Origin: Terriglobia bacterium
GTDB lineage: Bacteria; Acidobacteriota; Terriglobia; 20CM-2-55-15
Reading direction: 5' to 3'
Assembly (NCBI GenBank): GCA_965198225.1
Contig: CBDAOY010000007.1
Location: 640,001 to 704,000, forward strand
Length of the DNA: 64,000 nt
The notes under the pieces are model-generated. The model was not told where the DNA came from. It searched no databases and saw only the letters and a program-made list of their open reading frames with translations. The position numbers were made by a program, and so were the translations under genes. Shown piece by piece: positions 59,119-64,000 of this stretch (the first letter of the stretch is position 1; each line of letters starts with the position of its first letter).

Positions 59119-60219
59119 TTGAATAGAGAAATCATTCTTGCCAATTTCGCCAAACGTCCCGTTCGTACGAGCGTCAGCATCCTCGCGGTCGCGATTGAAG
59201 TCACGCTGATCCTTGTTGTCGTCGGTCTGGTGACGGGCATGAACGTCGAGACCGGAAGGCGAATCGAGGGCGTTGGTGCAGACCTGATGTTCCAACCCCC
59301 GAACTCTTCGGTGTTCCTGGGTCTGAACGGTGCGGTCATGCCGCTGGCGATCGGCCCCAAGCTGCTCGAAGTAGAAGGCGTTCGGGCGATCTCGCCGGTC
59401 ATCACCCAGTTCAACACCCAGGGCGGCTTCGATACGGTGTTCGGGATCGACCCGGAAAGCTTCGCCGCGATGGGCGGCGGATTTAATTTTTTGTCGGGAG
59501 AGATCTTTGATGCCTCCGGCGAGATCGTGATCGACGACCTGTACGCCGCGGCGAAGGAACTGGGCGTCGGAGACGAGATGTCTCTGCTGAACCACCAGTT
59601 TAGGGTGAGCGGAATCGTCGAGCACGGCAAGGGCGCACGTCTGTACCTGAGCATTCGAGAAGCGCAGGAGATGATGGGGGCGATGGACAAGGCGTCGATC
59701 TTCTTCGTCAAGTGCGACGACCCCGACGTCACGTACGACGTCATTGCCCGGCTGGGAGCGATGTTTCCGACCTACCCAGCCCGCCCGCTGCGGGAGATGG
59801 TTTCCTTGATGGCGAACTCCAGTCTGCCCGCCCTGGACGCTTTTCTCACGGTGGTCTTGGTCGTTGCCGTTTCGATCGGCGTGCTGGTGATCTTCCTGTC
59901 GATGTACACGACGATCACCGAGCGAACTCGCGAGATCGGCATCCTGCGTTCTCTCGGCGCGTCGAAGGGCTTCGTCGTGAGAATGATCCTTCACGAGACT
60001 GCCTGGCTGTGTGCTATCGGAGTCGTGATCGGAATCGGGCTGAGCTTTGCGATTGCGATCCTCGTCCAGGCCGTATTCCCGACGCTGCTCATTATGATCC
60101 TCCCGGACTGGATCCTTCGGGCGTCGCTTCTGGCTCTCTTCAGCGGTATTTTCGGGTCGCTTTATCCTTCTTTCCGGGCTGCCGGACAGGACCCGGTTGA
60201 AGCGCTCGCGTACGAATAG
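59119..60219 (+). CDS. ABC permease, MacB/FtsX/LolCE superfamily
   Basis: ERTREIGILRSLGA; DPVEALAYE; four-TM topology with a large periplasmic loop. Confidence 0.9.
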   Translation: MNREIILANFAKRPVRTSVSILAVAIEVTLILVVVGLVTGMNVETGRRIEGVGADLMFQPPNSSVFLGLNGAVMPLAIGPKLLEVEGVRAISPVITQFNTQGGFDTVFGIDPESFAAMGGGFNFLSGEIFDASGEIVIDDLYAAAKELGVGDEMSLLNHQFRVSGIVEHGKGARLYLSIREAQEMMGAMDKASIFFVKCDDPDVTYDVIARLGAMFPTYPARPLREMVSLMANSSLPALDAFLTVVLVVAVSIGVLVIFLSMYTTITERTREIGILRSLGASKGFVVRMILHETAWLCAIGVVIGIGLSFAIAILVQAVFPTLLIMILPDWILRASLLALFSGIFGSLYPSFRAAGQDPVEALAYE

Positions 60220-60228
60220 GTAGGCCTG

Positions 60229-60975
60229 ATGACAGCACTGCTGGAAACCTTCGATCTGACGAAGACCTACCAGGTGGGCACTGTGCCTGTTGAGGCGCTG
60301 CGAGGGGTCGATCTTCGGGTAGAAGCAGGAGAGATGCTGGCCGTCATGGGACCCTCCGGATGCGGAAAGTCGTCGCTGATGCATGTTCTCGGCGCGATGA
60401 CCCGGCCGACCGCCGGAAGGGTCCTTCTCGACGGGCAGGACGTCGCCCACATGCGCGACGCCGAGCGCACCGAGTTCCGACGAGACAAGATCGGATTTGT
60501 TTTCCAGAAGTTCAACCTGCTGCCGACCCTCAACGCCCGCGCGAATATCGAAATTGCCCGCCGCATCCACGGGAGCTTCGGCGATGCAGCCGCCGACGAC
60601 CGGCAGAGGAAAATACTCGAGATGCTCCAGATCCAGGACAAGATGAGCCGGCGTCCCCACGAATTGTCCGGCGGAGAGCAGCAACGTGTGGCTGTCGCCC
60701 GCGCCGTCGTCAAACAGCCCGCGATTCTGCTTGCGGACGAGCCCACCGGCAATCTGGATTCGAAGAACTCCGACATCGTCCTCGACATGTTTCGTGAGTT
60801 GAATCGGGAGCTCGGACAAACGATAATTCTGGTAACGCACAATCCCGAGCTGGCCGCATATACCGACCGGGTCGTCGAGATGCGGGACGGCAGGATCGTC
60901 AACGACGGATCCGCGGAATCCTGGGTCGCCGCGGAATCCAAGCTTCTGACCGAATCGGTTTCGGGTCGATCATGA
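60229..60975 (+). CDS. ABC ATPase, LolD/MacB-type
   Basis: GPSGCGKS, IGFVFQKFNLL, LSGGEQQRVA, LADEPTGNLD. Confidence 0.93.
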   Translation: MTALLETFDLTKTYQVGTVPVEALRGVDLRVEAGEMLAVMGPSGCGKSSLMHVLGAMTRPTAGRVLLDGQDVAHMRDAERTEFRRDKIGFVFQKFNLLPTLNARANIEIARRIHGSFGDAAADDRQRKILEMLQIQDKMSRRPHELSGGEQQRVAVARAVVKQPAILLADEPTGNLDSKNSDIVLDMFRELNRELGQTIILVTHNPELAAYTDRVVEMRDGRIVNDGSAESWVAAESKLLTESVSGRS

Positions 60976-61331
60976 GAAAGTGGTTCATCTGGCAGTGGGG
61001 CCGAGGTTCGTTCCAGTACGACGTGCTCTGCGGTCTGATCCTGATCATCATCTTCGCGATACCGCCGGCCGTGTTCAACGACCGTCATGACTACGAGCGG
61101 TTGTCTGGATTTGATGAGGTTCGGCGGGCGCGTGATGACGACGGAACGCCGGTCTACACCGTCAAAGTGAACAAGCCGGCTTTCTCGGGCGACGCCGCGG
61201 AATTGGAAAACGGCGCGCGGGAGAAGCTAAGGTCTTTCCTGGGCCTGGACACCCTCGAGGTGGATCGCGTGGAGCCCGTCTACGACACCCGGGGTGTGTT
61301 GGCGGCATATTCTTTCTGGTTGGATCAATGA
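60972..61331 (+). CDS. Small membrane-anchored hypothetical protein
   Basis: WGRGSFQYDVLCGLILIIIFAIPP TM segment; ATGA overlaps with the genes on both sides. Confidence 0.75.
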   Translation: MRKWFIWQWGRGSFQYDVLCGLILIIIFAIPPAVFNDRHDYERLSGFDEVRRARDDDGTPVYTVKVNKPAFSGDAAELENGAREKLRSFLGLDTLEVDRVEPVYDTRGVLAAYSFWLDQ

Positions 61332-62011
61332 CTCGTTCAGCGCTTCGGCTTCTGTCGATACTGGTTCTTTTCGGAACTGGCACGCTGCTGGGGCAGACGC
61401 GCGTCTCGCTCGACACAGTGCTCGAGCGGATGGAGGCTGTTGGCCGTGAATTCCGAAACCTCGAGGCCGACATCGAACGGACCAAGGTGGTGGTGATCGT
61501 CGACGATCACAGCACGTCTTCCGGCAAGTTTTACTTTGCCCGGAGCGGTGACACCAGCCGCATCCGGATGACCATCGAAAAGCCTTCCCGCCAGGAGCTC
61601 CTGATCGACAAGGGCATGCTTCAAATGTACTTTCCGCGGATCAACCAGGTGCAGGTGGCCGATCTGGGTGAGAACCAGGACAAAGCCGAGTTCATGGCGA
61701 TCGGATTCGGCCAGTCCTCGGCCGACCTTCTGAAGTACTACGACGTGACGCTCGCCGGGGAAGAGTCCATTGACGGCATCGCGACATCGATACTGGACCT
61801 CAAACCCAAGTCCGTCGACTTTTCGGCGATCTTTTCCAACATACGGTTGTGGATCGACCAGGAACGTTGGATCCCGCTCCATACAAAACTTACCGAGGCC
61901 GGCGGCGACTACCTCGACGTCCGGTTCTCCAACATCAGGATCAACCGCCGCCTTTCGAATTCGGTTTTTGAACTGAAGCTTCCCAAAGACGTGCAGCGAA
62001 TCGGGGGGTAG
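61328..62011 (+). CDS. LolA-family periplasmic carrier protein
   Basis: Signal peptide; SGKFYFAR, LDLKPK, LWIDQERWIP, FSNIRINRRLSNSVFELKLPKDV. Confidence 0.8.
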   Translation: MTRSALRLLSILVLFGTGTLLGQTRVSLDTVLERMEAVGREFRNLEADIERTKVVVIVDDHSTSSGKFYFARSGDTSRIRMTIEKPSRQELLIDKGMLQMYFPRINQVQVADLGENQDKAEFMAIGFGQSSADLLKYYDVTLAGEESIDGIATSILDLKPKSVDFSAIFSNIRLWIDQERWIPLHTKLTEAGGDYLDVRFSNIRINRRLSNSVFELKLPKDVQRIGG

Positions 62012-62034
62012 GCGATGGGGCCCGTGTCGGCCCG

Positions 62035-62310
62035 ACCTGTCGTTTGCTGACGTTTCTGCTTGACGAAGCACCCGTCGGGGGGAGGTAGCCTTTCTATTCG
62101 CCTACCTGTCGTTTGCGGACGTTTCTGCTTAGCAAAAACCCGGGGGCAGGGCAAGCCCTGTCCCCCTCACAGTGGCTCGCTCGCGGACCGTTCCGCTTCA
62201 CGACGACTCCCACGCGACACGCTTACGCTCATCGACCAGGTACCGTGCGAGAAGAAACGTGAGGGGGACAGGGCTTGCCCTGTCCCCGGGTGTTCGCTTC
62301 AGCGGAAATG
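62035..62310. repeat. Two inverted family A palindromes plus a duplicated flank
   Basis: Copies at ~62120-62200 and ~62259-62310 in opposite orientation; ACCTGTCGTTTGCnGACGTTTCTGCTT repeated at 62035 and 62104. Confidence 0.85.
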
Positions 62311-62351
62311 TTAGGGAACGACGAAACCCGAGCCTTCGTTCGGGAAAGTCG

Positions 62352-63038
62352 TTACGTTTGCAGACTGGCCTTTGCGGCGACTTCAGTATCGTCGGGTGGG
62401 GTTTCTTCGGCTGCCTCTTCGGCTTCGAGTTGATGCTCCTGTCTCTCGAGGCGGGAGGCTTCCTTCCACGTGTACCAGATCCTCTGGAAGACGGTCCAGT
62501 TCGTCAAGATCGCCATGATCCACAAGACGACGGCCATCCGGTCCGTCAGTGCCCCGATGATCAACATGACGACCCTTTCGGCCCTCTCGAGGAACCCGAT
62601 CTTGCAGGCCGGTATCAGTGACTCCGCGCGCGCTCGCGTGTAGCTGGTCATGACCGAGCCGATGATGACCATTCCGGTCAGGCCGAGGTAGAACATGCGG
62701 TCGGCCTTCGCGTACCAGAGCATCAGTCCGAACAGCATCAGCATGTCCGAGTAACGGTCGATGACTGAATCGAGGAAAGCGCCAAACCGCGTGACGGTCT
62801 TCGTTACGCGGGCCACCGCCCCGTCGAGCATGTCGAACACGCCCGCGAACAGGACCACCAGGCCAGCCCAGAAAAACATGCCCTTGGCGAACAGGACAGT
62901 CGCGAAAATGTTGATTCCAAGGCCGATAAAGGTCAGGACATTGGGGTTGACGCGATGTTTGGAAAGACGAGCGACGAGATAATCCTGGACCCGCTGACCA
63001 ACTTTGCCGACCTTCCCGCTAATGGTGTGAAATGGCAT
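62352..63038 (-). CDS. CDP-alcohol phosphatidyltransferase
   Basis: Signature DMLDGAVAR...FGAFLDSVIDRYSD; SYTRARAE. Confidence 0.93.
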   Translation of the reverse strand: MPFHTISGKVGKVGQRVQDYLVARLSKHRVNPNVLTFIGLGINIFATVLFAKGMFFWAGLVVLFAGVFDMLDGAVARVTKTVTRFGAFLDSVIDRYSDMLMLFGLMLWYAKADRMFYLGLTGMVIIGSVMTSYTRARAESLIPACKIGFLERAERVVMLIIGALTDRMAVVLWIMAILTNWTVFQRIWYTWKEASRLERQEHQLEAEEAAEETPPDDTEVAAKASLQT

Positions 63039-63162
63039 GAAGTACTTCGATGATCTGCTGCGTACGGACTCCCTTCGCAAAATTCTACGCTAATTCCTCT
63101 CCCGGAACAATTAGGTCCATTCGGCGGTCGTGCCTTGGATTTCCCTTCCGGATGCGAATACG

Positions 63163-63434
63163 AGTGACCTGTAACCAGTGCTATCGGTACCAGCGTTCGG
63201 CCGAACGGCGTCGGATTCTAGGAGTGACGCTCGAGCCAATGCTGTTTCATTGCGAGGGCGTTACGACACCGAGACGGCGCCGTTGGGCCGAACCCTTCGG
63301 GCCGATGGGGGTTGCGGGCGATCTCTTTGTCGGAAGCCGTCACCGATGAAAGAGCATCGCTTTCCGTCTTCCTCCTCGACCTCGCCCGCAAGACCCATCG
63401 GCGATGGTGCCGATAGCGCTGGTTACAGGCCACT
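63163..63434. mobile_element. ~272-bp MITE-like element with 30-bp inverted termini and two internal hairpins
   Basis: AGTGACCTGTAACCAGTGCTATCGGTACCA vs TGGTGCCGATAGCGCTGGTTACAGGCCACT (27/30 complementary); no credible ORF. Confidence 0.75.
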
Positions 63435-63912
63435 AGCCGTCAGATTCTTCATCGTGGATCGTTGTGAAGCTCATGACTTCAAAGCTCCGCGTTCCGTCCG
63501 GTATACGGACGGCGACCGTGTCGCCATCGCGCTTGCCGAGCAGGCTTCGACCTATGGGCGAGGTGGTCGATATGGCCCCTTCCGCGAAGTCGGAGTCCTC
63601 TGTCGTCACAAGCTTGTAGGAGACCTCTTCCTCCTTTTCGATATCGAAGAGGACGACCCTGGAACCGAGGGAAATACGATCTCTCGGAATCTTCTCGACG
63701 TTGATCATCGCCACATCCGACAGACGCTGCTTCAGTTGTCCCAACCTGGCGCGAACAAATTCCTGGCGCTCCTTGGCGGCCTGGTATTCGGCATTCTCGC
63801 GGAGGTCCCCCATGGCCAGGGCTTTCTTCAACTCCTTCGGAAGCTCGGTCGTAAGTTCCTTTTCGAGGACTCGAATCTCTCCTTCAAGCTTCTTCCTAAC
63901 CTCTAGCACCAT
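63433..63912 (-). CDS. greA: Transcription elongation factor GreA/GreB family
   Basis: GDLRENAEYQAAKE, ISTTSPIGRSLLGK; AGGAGG RBS. Confidence 0.92.
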   Translation of the reverse strand: MVLEVRKKLEGEIRVLEKELTTELPKELKKALAMGDLRENAEYQAAKERQEFVRARLGQLKQRLSDVAMINVEKIPRDRISLGSRVVLFDIEKEEEVSYKLVTTEDSDFAEGAISTTSPIGRSLLGKRDGDTVAVRIPDGTRSFEVMSFTTIHDEESDG

Positions 63913-64000
63913 TCATCCTCCTAATGTGATGGCCAGTGCTGCGGCCGAACCGGCGGTTCTCAGAACAGGCGGAAATTGATCGTGAGGAACTTTCGTGGGT

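Noticed and set aside
58606-60840. 744-aa minus-strand ORF and similar long antisense ORFs (17635-18666, 35404-36744, 37276-38400, 39587-40765)
   Set aside because: Shadow frames opposite well-supported genes in high-GC DNA, with no independent motifs
1-64000. tRNA, rRNA, riboswitch or prophage genes
   Set aside because: I recognised none by eye; a covariance-model scan would be needed to exclude small RNAs

Overview
GC-rich bacterial chromosome segment, probably Acidobacteriota (inferred from gene content and surface-protein style). It is mostly housekeeping and envelope genes: ETF-QO, folD, coaE, asnS, rnc, lepB, uvrB, hpt, greA, TPR proteins, ABC exporters and an ECF sigma module. It also holds a complete nitrogen-control cluster (divergent GS paralog, glnD, glnE, glnB, glnA) and a Lol-like six-gene envelope operon. 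Intergenic DNA is dense in palindromic repeats: at least four REP-like families, a polar 160-bp tandem array, and a ~270-bp branched MITE-like element with a collapsed copy elsewhere. One IS256 has an 8-bp target duplication and a deleted transposase. Other lesions are visible: deoC broken by a 29-bp insert that reads like hemA sequence, a frameshifted DNase II homologue with no signal peptide, and a radical-SAM/phosphatase deletion junction with a 23-bp duplication. I saw no rRNA, tRNA or CRISPR array. All calls come from reading the sequence; no searches were run.
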